A program made the translations under genes and the position numbers. A DNA stretch of 64,000 bases from Lingula anatina (lineage: Eukaryota > Animalia > Brachiopoda): the NCBI GenBank assembly GCA_051362555.1, contig CM120644.1, positions 19,862,534-19,926,533 on the forward strand. The letters are read 5' to 3'. Positions 12,833 through 24,728 of this stretch are shown one piece after another (the first letter of the stretch is position 1; every line of letters begins with the position of its first letter). Below the pieces are notes generated by a model, which made no database searches, had not been told where the DNA came from, and was given only the letters and a program-made list of their open reading frames with translations.

Positions 12833-13158
12833 TTTTACTGAGTGCTGTAAGAACTTAATTGGTGGTATAAAAGTCTTGTCACAGAATCTACCTGGTAAGT
12901 CACTTGGATAAGGTGTAAGACAAGGCTTGATCTGTCCTTTCCAATACTGAAATTGTGTTCACAATTCAACTCTCAGAGCACCATAAGAATATCCATTTGA
13001 ATTCTGTATGAACTTGTTGTTAACATTACCAATGCACCCAGTTTTTGTACTGAGCAATGCATAAAGTTGTACTAGGAACCCCCTGTTTAAAATCTTGAAT
13101 CCACTCTATTGGATGATGTTAACTGCTGGTTACAGTGGACATATCTGATTGGTTGAAG

Positions 13159-13190
13159 CTAAGATCTAATATCCGTTTATTAGATCTTAG
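13159..13190. mobile_element. 32-bp TIR-only hairpin insertion
   Basis: CTAAGATCTAATA-tccgtt-TATTAGATCTTAG flanked by the direct repeat GTTGAAG; absent in the paralog (~59645). Confidence 0.75.
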
Positions 13191-14309
13191 GTTGAAGTGA
13201 TTTCTCTCCAATACTTCAGATGCCATAATTTAAAGATGTTATCTGCACAACCCACTGCATATAATTATCTGTTATTACTTCACTAAGCATTTATAAACAT
13301 GTACCATGACACCATCAAGCTCATATCTAGCTACAGTAGACAGGAAGTGATTTTATCAGTCAGTTTGTATTTGTCACACATGCCAGACTGGTTCTGTAGA
13401 TGATGTGATGAGTCATTCAGCAGCCAGCAGTTTCAAAAGGGGGGGGGGGGAGGTCTTTTCTGAAGAAAATGGACCTCTTACCATCCAATCTTTGTGTACT
13501 TAGATGAAATTTTACTCAGAGGGAACATTTTCCCAGCAAAAAGGGACCCCACACCCCCTGGCTACTGGGCCTGTTTAGGTTAAGAAATTTATGAAAAATT
13601 TAGTTCAGTTATACAGTACAGTAGGTACCTGTATATTACAACTTTATTCATTAACTCCACCAAGGTATGTTACTTTCAAAAAGGAGCAAAGAATGGACTT
13701 TTTTAAAGGGATAATATTTGACAGTTTTTGCATTTACTCCACCAAAGCATGTTACTTTTTAAAATGAGCAAGAATAGACCTTTTTAAAAGGGATAATAAA
13801 GGGATAATATATGACAGTTTTGCTGGCGTTTTGGCCAAAAAGCGAATTTTCCTGAAAAAAACAACAATTTTCAAATACTTAACACTGTGTAGAGTTCACA
13901 AATATAATTCCCAGACTTTTTTATTAATTTGATTAGAGTCGATTGCTTGTGCACTTGACTAGTTAATGACCTTACCTGTAAAGAGTTAATGCTTATACGG
14001 TATATGCATATTAAAAAAAGGAGTAATGGTATATGTATGTTGAAAATAGATAAACTGAAGGGGGGTTTAACTTAAGAATGAAAAAAAAAAGACAATGAAA
14101 CTTTGTTATAACGAAGAAAGTTTATTTTCCCCTGTGTCTTGTTTCAGGTGACAGTGAATGGTCCTTGCATCACCGTGCCTGTGTCATCCCCTCCGACCCA
14201 CCGCCTGCCCCGCATCCAAGGTGGAGGGTTTCCAGCGCTTCGATCCATTAGACCTATCAGTCCTGGGCCCTGGAACCCAAGTAACTCTACAGCCAAGAGT
14301 GGTGGACTA

Positions 14310-17300
14310 TGGAGCGCCATTCACGCAAAAAATGCAGACGTCAATTCAACAATCTATCGGCACTATTTAACAGCCAAAACCTACTTAAACTATCTAAACT
14401 TAATTCTACTAAATTAGTTGTGGTCATTTTAATCATTCATCAAAATCTAACAATCAATAATAACGATTCAAAAGTCAGTTACTGCAACTCAACAATCAGT
14501 CACCGCAACTCAACAATCAGTCACCGCAAATCAACAATCAGTTACTGCAACTCAACAATCAGTCACCGCAACTCAACAATGTATCAATGTATTTTTGCGT
14601 GAATGGCGTGAAAGCATGGTGCGCCATTCACGCAAAAAATACAGACGTCAAATCAACAATCTACCGGCACTATTTAACCAAAACCTACTTTAACTATCTA
14701 AACTTAATTCTACTAAATAAGTTGTGGTCATTTTAATCATTCGTCAAAATCTAACAGTCAATAAACGATTCAAAAGTCAGTTACCGCAACTCAACAATGC
14801 ATTTTTTGCGTGAATGGCGCGAATGCATGGTGCGCCATTCACGCAAAAAATGCAGACGTCAACTCAACAATCAGTTGTCGCAAACGGTCATTCGCGGACT
14901 TAACACCAGATGGCGCGCGCGCACCGTCAGCGATCTGAAACGTCCTTGACCTTTTCCATGTTTTCAATTCCGCATATTATGGGAGTACATGTGGTTCATC
15001 GTGTTCGTATTGTCATGATATAGTTAAGTATATAATAGTAGGATTGCGTTCAATCACATCATACTGAAATTAGATATGGCAATGAACCACATGTAGTTCC
15101 TACTCGAATAATATGCGGAATAGCACAGGTCTCAAACTACTGCGCATGCGCGATAAGTACGCTGTTTGAAATAAACAAATACATTTATTTTCTCTTCACA
15201 AATAGGGTAATTCCTTTCGCATTTATAGTGTTATATGTGGCACCAAGGGGATTTTCCACCCCTCCCCCACTCTTGATTAATAAAATTATCCATCGGGAGG
15301 AATGAAAATTATATTGCAAAATACATTAAAAATTGCAGATAATGCTGTGAGGATATTCTAGGGGGTCATGCCGATACTCCCCCGTACTAATACTCCCCCG
15401 CACCGATACTTCTCCTTAGTAAATTTTTGCATTATGCACGTCGATACGACCTCACACCGATAGATCCCCGCATCGATAAATCCCCTCTAGAATTGCCGTT
15501 AGGCCTATACGCGCACCGTTACTCCCCCGCAACGATAGGCCTACTCCCCGCATTATTAGGCCTACTCCCCCTATGCAATTTCCACGAAACTGAGGGTCTG
15601 GGTAACGGAGAGTCATCCATCCATTTAATTATAGGCTACAGGTTAGGGTCAATCGACGTAAGTGGGTCAAAATCTAGGGCGGGGCTGAATTACCTATATG
15701 CAAATTGATGGGAACCGGACTGTCTATCATGGGAGAGTCTGTCACCTTGCATCGATTTTTTTCACATATAGATTTGAAAAATTGGTCAACGACTCGGAAG
15801 CACGGCCTACATTGTATAAGAAATACTTTTTTCAAATGGAAAAACGCTTTGGATATTGGTGAGATAAGTGAAAAAAAATGGCCACAGGGAGATCCTTGGT
15901 GATGTTGTTTTTATGCTATTGCGCAGTGCATACAAATCTTAATTGCTTACAATTGAGCATCGGTATTATACAAAAGAAGCCGCAAAGTTCCTAAAAAATC
16001 TTGGGCGACAACACATTAGTCTCGGTCACAACCGGCCGCACGGGCTCTTACGACCCGTTTGAGTCCAAATTTTGCGGAGAATCTCACGTGCCACGCAAGT
16101 CCTTTATGCGAAATTTCGAGTTCGCACGTATGTAAGCACGTACGGAGGATACTAAACATTTCCAATAGATTCTACAAATAATCTTTGTTACGCTTTATTC
16201 TACAAATAATCTCAAGTTACGCTTGCGGCCTCGCTGTTTAAATAATCTTTAAACAGCGAGGCCGCAAGCGTAACTTGCTCCCTTCGCAAGGAGTTTGCGA
16301 GGAGTTTTCAAGTGAGACTTGCGTGGTCCAAGATGCACGTCGCAAGCAATGAAAGAGAAAGTGCCCTTTGCGTGTTGAGTACGGCGCACGCCCTCACATC
16401 TATGACGAAGTAAGTCGAAAACACGGCGGGACTGCGAGAATAAAAGGTGTGCTCACGACGCATGCTCGTGTCTCTACAATTTCGTTGTCCAACAATTTTC
16501 AAAAATTTTGAATTTTGCTCAATTCAGATTCTAATATGCCTCCAAAAGACAAGGGAAAGAAGTTTAAGAGCAGAAAAGAAGGTTGGAGGAAGATAACAGA
16601 AAACGAAGCGCTTTAGCACTGCTTTTTTATTATTTAATAATTAAACAAAATCATCGTTGCCTGAGGAAAAGACATAGCTGCGTCATCTTAGATTAAAACT
16701 AACTTTGCCTTAAGTAAATAAATAAAAGGGCGTATAATATAAATACGGTAACTACAGTAGGAGAACAATATTAATTTTGCACAAACATTTCTCAAATTTA
16801 CAAGGCATAGCTGTAGGCCTACGGACTGTTAAGCTGCACGCAAAGTCTGAGATCGACTTCGAGTAACGCCCTTTATTTTCCCCAATATATTTCGAATAAA
16901 ATGTGTCAATTATGTGTCCCAAGAGGGTTGTGCAACTTTGAAAAAAATAGCATAATAGAAAGGGTTTTGAAGCACGATTTGTGTCTACAAAGCCCAAGGA
17001 ATCTTTGCTTTGGGGAATAGTGTTTTTGCGGAGTATTGGTACGCGGGAGTATCAGGGGGGGGGGGAGGGGGGGTATCGATGCGGGGATGTAAAGAAGCGG
17101 GGGAGTATCGGTGCGGGGGAGTATTGGTGCGGTGATGTAAAGAAGCGCGGGAGTATCGGATGAGGGGACTTATAGGCATTCTAGTCGGTGGCGAACTCGG
17201 CCAATATAAAAATTTTAACTTCGTCTTACGATTTTGGAGCGCCTGTTCCAATTTTTGAAAGCGAGGCAATGGAACCAAACGATACGAATCTCATAAAAAT

Positions 17301-17690
17301 TGATATTTTTTAATAGAGGTTATAGCCGGGCGTACATCAAAAGGCGACTCGTTTATTATTGTGATATGTAATAATAATTAATATAAAAGATACGATATAA
17401 TAGGTTCTTGTCGAATAGCTTTATTGATTTTTTTAAGTATTTGGAGATTAAAAAAAACACTTTAAGCTGAATGGTTTCAAATCGAGGCACCACGTATTTT
17501 AATACTGTTAAAACGATGGAAAAGGTCAAGGACGTTTCAGATCGCTGACGGTGCGCGCGCGCCATCTGGTGTTAAGTCCGCGAATGACCGTTTGCAGTAA
17601 CTGATTGTTGAGTTGCTGTAACTGATTGTTGAGTTGCGATAACTGATTGTTGAGTTGCGGTGACTGATTGTTGAGTTGCGGTGATTGACT
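14310..17690. mobile_element. Foldback-type composite element with nested insertions
   Basis: ~80-bp perfect inverted repeat (14880-14959 vs 17516-17595) flanked on both sides by inverted arrays of the 21-bp unit caactcaacaatcagt(t/c)accg. Confidence 0.75.
15361..17180. mobile_element. GGGGTCATG-terminated TIR element with ccgatactcccccgca subterminal repeats and an internal insert
   Basis: Left arm 15361-15570 and inverted right arm 17030-17180; same family as 57146-57375. Confidence 0.65.
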
Positions 17691-18169
17691 TTTGAAAAGT
17701 CAATTGACTTAAGAAATCTTACTTAAAAATCATTAACTGCATTTAAAAGTCTGAAGCCTACTGGTGCAATTGCTGTGTAAATCGAAAAAAAAAAAGAACT
17801 TGCTGCATGTGTGGGATCCACATAATACATTTTGTTTTCTCTATTATGTCTTTCATGTTATACAATTTTATGTCATATTTAATGTTATGCAATGTACATT
17901 ATAAAGAAAATACATGTCAAATGGATGAGATCCTTTGTGTATTTGTTACTAATTATTTGTGTTTTATTATAATAACCTTATTTATCTATTGTAATTAAAC
18001 ATGAACATACTTGAATATAAAAGCAAAAGTGTAGTTATCAATAATTCAGCCATTTGGTAGGGTATGTGAATGAGTGTTTATGTGTGTAACTCAGTATAGT
18101 TAAATGTTTGTTCAATGTAAAGTTCATTTCTTAAGTTTAATAGAAGGCATTTAAAAACAAATTTAATTT

Positions 18170-21100
18170 AACAAGGCAGCAAAGCTGTCAAATGTACAGA
18201 CAAAAAGCAGGAAATAACAAAATAGGCTACTGTCAATTCTGATGCAAAAGTACAGTATGTTAAACTGCAAACTCAACATCAAATTTTAATTATGCTCAAC
18301 AGATAATACCAATGTAAGTAAAATGTGTAACAAACATAAGGCTTCAGGCCCATGGGAGTTCAAGTTCACCCTTTGAAAATGTAAAACTTCCAGAAAAAGA
18401 AGTCAATTAGACTGCTTTTCCAACTCAGGCTGCATTTTAGTCCTGTATTTCTTTTTTAAAAGTTTGGCAATCATAAGTAACATGGTTTTCCCATAATGGT
18501 CATCATGGCAGCAGCACCCAAAATTGTGTTTTCTTCTATTCTGATGCAATATTACATAATGGTTACCAGCATAATGACAATCAATTTTTAATAATAAAAT
18601 ATATGTATCATGGATTTTCAGAAAATGTGACAAGAATGGGTCTTCAAGCCTGTGGAACTTCAAAGTAACACGTTGAAAATGCCAATATGTGAAAAATTAA
18701 ATTTTCTCAAAAAAAAACTGTTTAACTGGCAGATTGCATTGCCTACTGAAGCTATATTTTAGTCCCATGTTTCTTTCCTGTAAGTTTGAGAACAGTAAGT
18801 GACATGGTTTTTCTTAAATGGTCATCATGGGAGCAGTGCCCAAAATAGTTTTTTTTTCAAATTTTGATGCAATATTACATAATGTTTAACACCATAATGA
18901 CCATCAATTTTTAATAATAAAATATTAGTATCATGGATATTCAGAAAATGTGACTAGCAAAGGTCTTCAGGCCCATGGAACTTCAAAGTCACAACTTGAA
19001 AATGCCAAAATGTAAACAAGACAGCACTGTTCTGAAATGTTTTTTTTTTCCCATTTTTAACATTTTTTAACATAAAACAAAATTAACAGTTTACTGCCAT
19101 TTTTATATGATCAACTAAAAAAAATAATGAGATGGGAAAAATATCAATAGAGCAGTGTTAAATGTCCAATTTCTTCCTTTCTGAGATTCTGAACATAGTG
19201 AATGATTGAATCTGACAAACTGCAATGATATGAGTTTATTTCCATTTTTATGTACAGACACAGATGTGTCTGTACATATTGCCATCACCTGCGTCTGTCG
19301 TCGCCGATGGCGATGCCGTCGCCGTGCACTTTCCTTGTAAACATGATAAGTGGAAGGCAGTTTTACTTTTTGGCTTTATATTTACAGAGCTGATGAATAT
19401 TCATAAAACGCAGGTCAAGTTCGAAAATCAGCATGATCGGGCCATTATTGTAGAAGTTATGCTGTTTTTTCACTTTTCAGCATATATGCAACCTTGTAAA
19501 CACATTTTAAGGAAAACCGTTAGGCCTGTTGTCATGAAACTCACAGGAGTAATCAATATTACTAAAATGCAGGTCAAGTTCGAAAATCAGCATGATCGGG
19601 CCACTATTTTAGTAGTTATGCGGTTTTTTCATTGTTCAGCATATATGCAACACTGTCAACACAATATAAGAAAAACAGAAAGCCCAATTGTCATTAAACT
19701 CACAGGAATGGTCAGTCTTACTAAAACGCAGGTCGAGTTCGAAAATCAGCATAATCGGGGCATTATTTTAGAAGTTATGCTGTTTTTTCACATTTCTTCA
19801 GATTTCCTCAGATTTAATTCTTAGGCATGTTAATAGCCTTATTATTTAAGTAATAAGATACGTAAAAGTGTTTGTTTGACATTTCCTGCATCTTTACAAC
19901 ATTGTTAGTTGATTATGTAAAAATGATGGTAAACTTGTTATCGTTTATTGTGTAATAAAGTGTCAAAAATGGAAATAAACTCATATCATTGCAGTTTGTC
20001 AGATTCAATCATTCACTATGTTCAGAATCTCAGAATGGAAGAAATTGGACATTTAACACTGCTCTATTGATATTTTTCACATCTCATCAATTTTCTTAGT
20101 TGATCTTATAAAAATGGCAGTAACGTATTAATTTTGTTTTATGTTAAAAAAGTGTTAAAAATGGAAATAAACCCATTTCAGAACAGTGCAGTCTTGTTTA
20201 CATTTTGGCATCTTTAAGGCGTGACTTTGAAGTTCCATCGGCCTAAAAACCTTTGTTAGTCACGTTTACTATTTGTCCATGATACTAATATTTTATTATT
20301 AAAAATTGATGATCATTATGCTGTTAAACATTATGTAATATTGCATCAAAATTTGAAAAAAACCTATTTTGGGCACTGCTCCCATGATGACCATTTAAGA
20401 AAAACCATGTCATTTACTTTTCTCAAACTTACAGAAAAGAAACATGGGACTAAAATACAGCTTCAGTAGGAAATACAGTCTGTTTGGTAATTCTTACTGC
20501 CAGTTAAACAGTTATTTGGTGAAAATTAAATTTTTCACATTTTGGCATTTTCAAGGTATGACTTTGAAGTTCCACGGGCTTGAAGACCCATGCTAGTCAC
20601 ATTTTCTGAAAATCCATGATACGTATATTTTATTATTAAAAAATGACGGTCATTATGCTGTTAACCATTATGTAATATTGCATCAGAATAGAAGAAAACA
20701 CAATTTTGGGTGCTGCTGCCATGATAACCATTATGGGAAAACCATGTTACTTATGATTGCCAAACTTTCAAAAAAGAAATACAGGACTAAAATGCAGTCT
20801 GAGTTGGAAAAGCAGTCTAAGTGACTTCTTTTTCTGGAAGTTATACATTTTCAAAGTGTAAACTTGTCACATATTTTAATTACATTGGTATTACCTGTTG
20901 AGGATAATTTAAATTTGATGTTGAATTTGCAGTTTAACATAATGTATTTTTGCATCAGAATTGACAGTAGCCTATTTTGTGCATAGTTATTTCCTGTTTT
21001 TTGTCTGAACATTTGACAGCTTTGCTGCCTTGTTGAAACTTTATTACACAATACACGATAACAAATTAACCATCATTTTTACAAAATCAACTAACAATGT

Positions 21101-21729
21101 TGTAAAGATGCAGGAAATGTCAAACAAACACTTTTAATATGTTATTAATTAAATAATGAAACTGTTAACATGCCTAAGAATTGAATCTGAGGAAAAGTAA
21201 AAACAACATAACTTATAAAATAATGGCCCGATTATGCTGATCTTTTAACTCAACCTGCGTTTTAGCAGGATTGACCACTCCTGTGAGTTTAATGACAATT
21301 GGCCTAACTGTTTTTCTTTTATTGTGTTAACAGTGTTGCATATATGCTGAAAAGTGAAAAAAAAAGCATAACTGCTAAAATAGTGGCCTGATCATGCCGA
21401 TTTTTTAACTTGGCCTGAGTTTTAGTAAGATAGATTACTCCTGTGAGTTTCATGACAACAGGCCTATCAGTTTTCCTTGGAATGTGTTTACAGTGTTGCA
21501 TATATGCTGAAAAGTGAAAAATAAAGCATAACTACCAGAATAATGGCCCGATCATGCTGATTTTTTAACTTGACCTGCATTTTATGAATATTCATCAGTT
21601 CTGTTAATATAAAGCCAAAAAGTAAAACTGCCTTACACTTATCGTGTTTACAATGAAAGTCCACAGTGTCGGCGACGGCGCTGACGGGGACGACAGACGC
21701 AGGTGATGGCAATATGTACAGACACATCT
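18170..21729 (-). mobile_element. Helentron/HINE(DINE-1)-like element, split by a copy of its own family
   Basis: Head with internal ~150-bp tandem repeats at 21180-21729; the body continues at 19248-18170; the 3' end hairpin-like ggcagcaaagctgtc plus aacaag lies at 18170. Confidence 0.75.
19246..21034 (+). mobile_element. Full-length ~1.8-kb Helentron/HINE-like element
   Basis: Starts in a T-run, has the subterminal palindrome tgtacagacac-agat-gtgtctgtaca, three ~150-bp repeats (caggtcaagttcgaaaatcagcatgatcggg), and ends gacagctttgctgccTTGTT with no TSD; this is the typical HINE layout. Confidence 0.8.
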
Positions 21730-21749
21730 ATATATATTTACTGTACTGT

Positions 21750-22632
21750 TTGAAAACAGTAAGTGACATGGTTTTTCTTAAATGGTCATCATGGGAGCAG
21801 TGCCCAAAATAGGTTTTTTTCAAATTTTGATGCAATATTACATAATGTTTAACACCATAATGACCATCAATTTTTAATAATAAAATATTAGTATCATGGA
21901 TATTCAGAAAATGTGACTAGCAAAGGTCTTCAGGCCCATGGAACTTCAAAGTCACAACTTGAAAATGCCAAAATGTAAACAAGACAGCACTGTTCTGAAA
22001 TGTTTTTTTTTCCATTTTTAACAATTTTTAACATAAAACAAAATTAACAGTTTACTGTCATTTTTATATGATCAACTAAGAAAATTGATGAGATGGGAAA
22101 AATATCAATAGAGCAGTGTTAAATGTCCAATTTCTTCCATTCTGAGATTCTGAACATAGTGAATGATTGAATCTGACAAACTGCAATGATATGAGTTTAT
22201 TTCCATTTTTGAAACTTTATTACACAATACGCAATAACAAGTTTAACATCATTTTTACAAAATCAACTAACAATGTTGTAAAGATGCAGGAAATGTCAAA
22301 CAAAAACTTTTACGTATCTTATTAGTTTAATAATGAGACTGTTAACATGCCTAAGAATTGAATCTGAGGAAATGTGAAAAATATGCTGAAAAGTGAAAAA
22401 ACAGCATAACTTCTACAATAATGGCCCGATCATGCTGATTTTCAAACTTGACCTGCGTTTTATGAATATTCATCAGCTCTGTAAATATAAAGCCAAAAAG
22501 TAAAACTGCCCTCCACTTATCGTGTTTACAAGGAAAGTGCACGGCGCCGGCGACGGCATCGGCATCGGCATCGGCGACGACAGACGCAGGTGATTGCAAT
22601 ATGTACAGACACATCTGTGTCTGTACATAAAA
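21750..22632 (-). mobile_element. Third, 3'-truncated HINE-like copy
   Basis: Intact 5' palindrome at 22602-22632; the body 21750-22205 is a direct repeat of 18786-19248. Confidence 0.75.
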
Positions 22633-22917
22633 ATTGGAGATAAATTTGAATCAGATATCAAATGTTGGTGTATTTTATTTATTGTACATAAAAGTCAAGT
22701 GCTGGCTTCTTACCCCACATTTCAAATGCCTTAAAGCAAGAATCACTATATTGTTTTTTAAAACATTTTAATTAAAAGAGTCCCATCAAGTTTTTTTTTG
22801 TTACCTTTGAAAGTCACTTTTTATTTCCCTGAGATGCATGAAATGTTCATATTATTTAGCTTGATCTGTGAAGCACCTTATTCCTGTGACTTGTTAATAC
22901 ACCATTGTATTCTTTGC

Positions 22918-22970
<53 letters not shown>

Positions 22971-22971
<1 letters not shown>

Positions 22972-24446
22972 GGTAATTCTCCAATCTATACGAACGATTA
23001 AAATTAATTATTTTTGGAAGATAATCATTTTGTTCGTAAGGCTTGAAATTCAGTCTGCTAAAAATTGCCACGCGTTCGTATCCATTGAAATACGAATGGA
23101 ATACGGCTGTACCGGAAATTATCTCCACTTACCTACATTGCTAAGTGTAAGCATTACTTTCAGATTAAATCATTGTGATCAGCTTTTAGCACAAACAAAT
23201 TATTCTTGCGATATTGCAATGAATTAAAACAAACTAAACAAAAGTCGGGAATTCAAGTTAAGAAACAATTTCTTCATACTAAAGAGGTACATTTCTCCCA
23301 AGACAAGACAACATCGTTTTTCCCTGTTATGTTTTACCAAGACAGGACAACATCGTTTTTCCCAACTTCTGTCAAAAACAGACAAGAATATTTGCGTATC
23401 CAGTTGCATATTTTATTTAATGCGCATTTACTTTTAATATGATTTCACATATAGAAAATCTGCAATATTAATAATGTCACCCCCCCCCCCCCCCCAATTA
23501 GGCCTACATAAATTTCTTCCGCCAAAACAAAATACTTGAAACTCCTCACAGTTGATATCACTGACGTTAATAGAGATTATACTTGATATGAAAAATAACA
23601 TCAGCTCAATTCACGTCTATTTATGAAAGTATTTTACAGCATATTAATTTGCACGCAATCAATGTAAACTTAATTAGAAAAAATACAGAAAACTGCAGGT
23701 AAATTTGTATAAAGTCATACGGCACCTTTATTTTTCACAATCACCAATATCAGTAAGGTTTACCTAATAGTTGTTCATGAGACAAGGTCTTTAACAAGGA
23801 AAAACAAACAAACAAAAAAGCATGAACTTTATCACAACTCAAATTAGAAAAATAAATACAATACAAGACAGAACTCCTCTTAAAAAATTTAATTTCCTAA
23901 TGACTACCAAAAACAAAGAAAAACTCGATCATTGACTATGGATTTCTCATACTCTTCTGTTCTGCGTGGGTTTCACGTTTATAGATTTTACTGAAAACCA
24001 GTTATCGGTGAAACACCGATGGTGGATGTTGATGATCCAGTCGGCCGGCAGAAGTTAAAAAATGATAATAAACAGTAAGTAATTTATGTGTACTGATGCT
24101 TTCAATAATTTCTAAATAACAATAGGGTTTTAAAACTGGCCTGCAGCTGCCGGCGGGCAGGTTGAGTCCTTTTATCGTCTCATTCAAAAACAGCACAAAT
24201 ACATGATAACAATCTCTCCTGTCAAGTGGCAGTTCCTTTGTTTGGAACGGTGGTCTGAAAACTCGCTTTGACGAATCATGGGGCGAGTTTCAATTGGGCA
24301 CACTTTCTTGCGTTCGGAAAATTTAAATTGTGCCCAAGGTGAGTTTAGCGATCGTTCGTACAGAACGGAGACAAAAAATTCAGATTCAGAGAAAAAACGT
24401 TTCGTTCGTAATTATTGCGGCGTTCGTATAGATTGGAGAATTACCG
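22971..24446. mobile_element. Tc1/mariner-like non-autonomous element in a (TA)n tract
   Basis: Perfect 26-bp TIR CGGTAATTCTCCAATCTATACGAACG with TA on both flanks; no transposase ORF. Confidence 0.8.
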
Positions 24447-24728
24447 TATATATATTCTGTTGCATATACATATCCATTTGTTTTACTTATTTAATTTTTT
24501 GGAGAGCATCTAATGCTTTAAGTGCTTTGCCTCCATTTCTTTTGAATAAATATTTTTTTAAAAAATTATTCTTTGCCCTACATGAAACGAAGTATTATAC
24601 CTGGTGATTCATGATTTTCATGATTTTCAACAGCATTGTCAGTGAGATATGCATAAAGTTTTGCATGCTGTGATTTTTAAATTTACTTTATTTCCCCCCA
24701 ACTGTGATCACCCCTCCCCAATGCTACC

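Larger units (their letters stand above)
1..13690 (+). repeat. Segmental duplication block A, copy 1 (paralog 49978-60135)
   Basis: Colinear direct similarity from position 1 (caacataaacaacaatgcacatgtag) to 49978 and through the ZF gene and upstream region; interrupted by copy-specific insertions. Confidence 0.97.

Noticed and set aside
11866-12841. ORFs MKEFTLERDLT.., MSKSFVSSVNC.. and MNSFMLYAGSF.. (also 58040-59134)
   Set aside because: Alternative-frame and antisense shadows of the 84-bp ZF repeat.
14139-14310. GC-rich exon-like fragment after a strong acceptor, near Kolobok-like ends at ~13800
   Set aside because: No frame gives a family I can recognise with confidence; truncated by the foldback element.
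19264-19824. 186-aa ORF and relatives at 21488 and 22351
   Set aside because: Translation of HINE internal tandem repeats.
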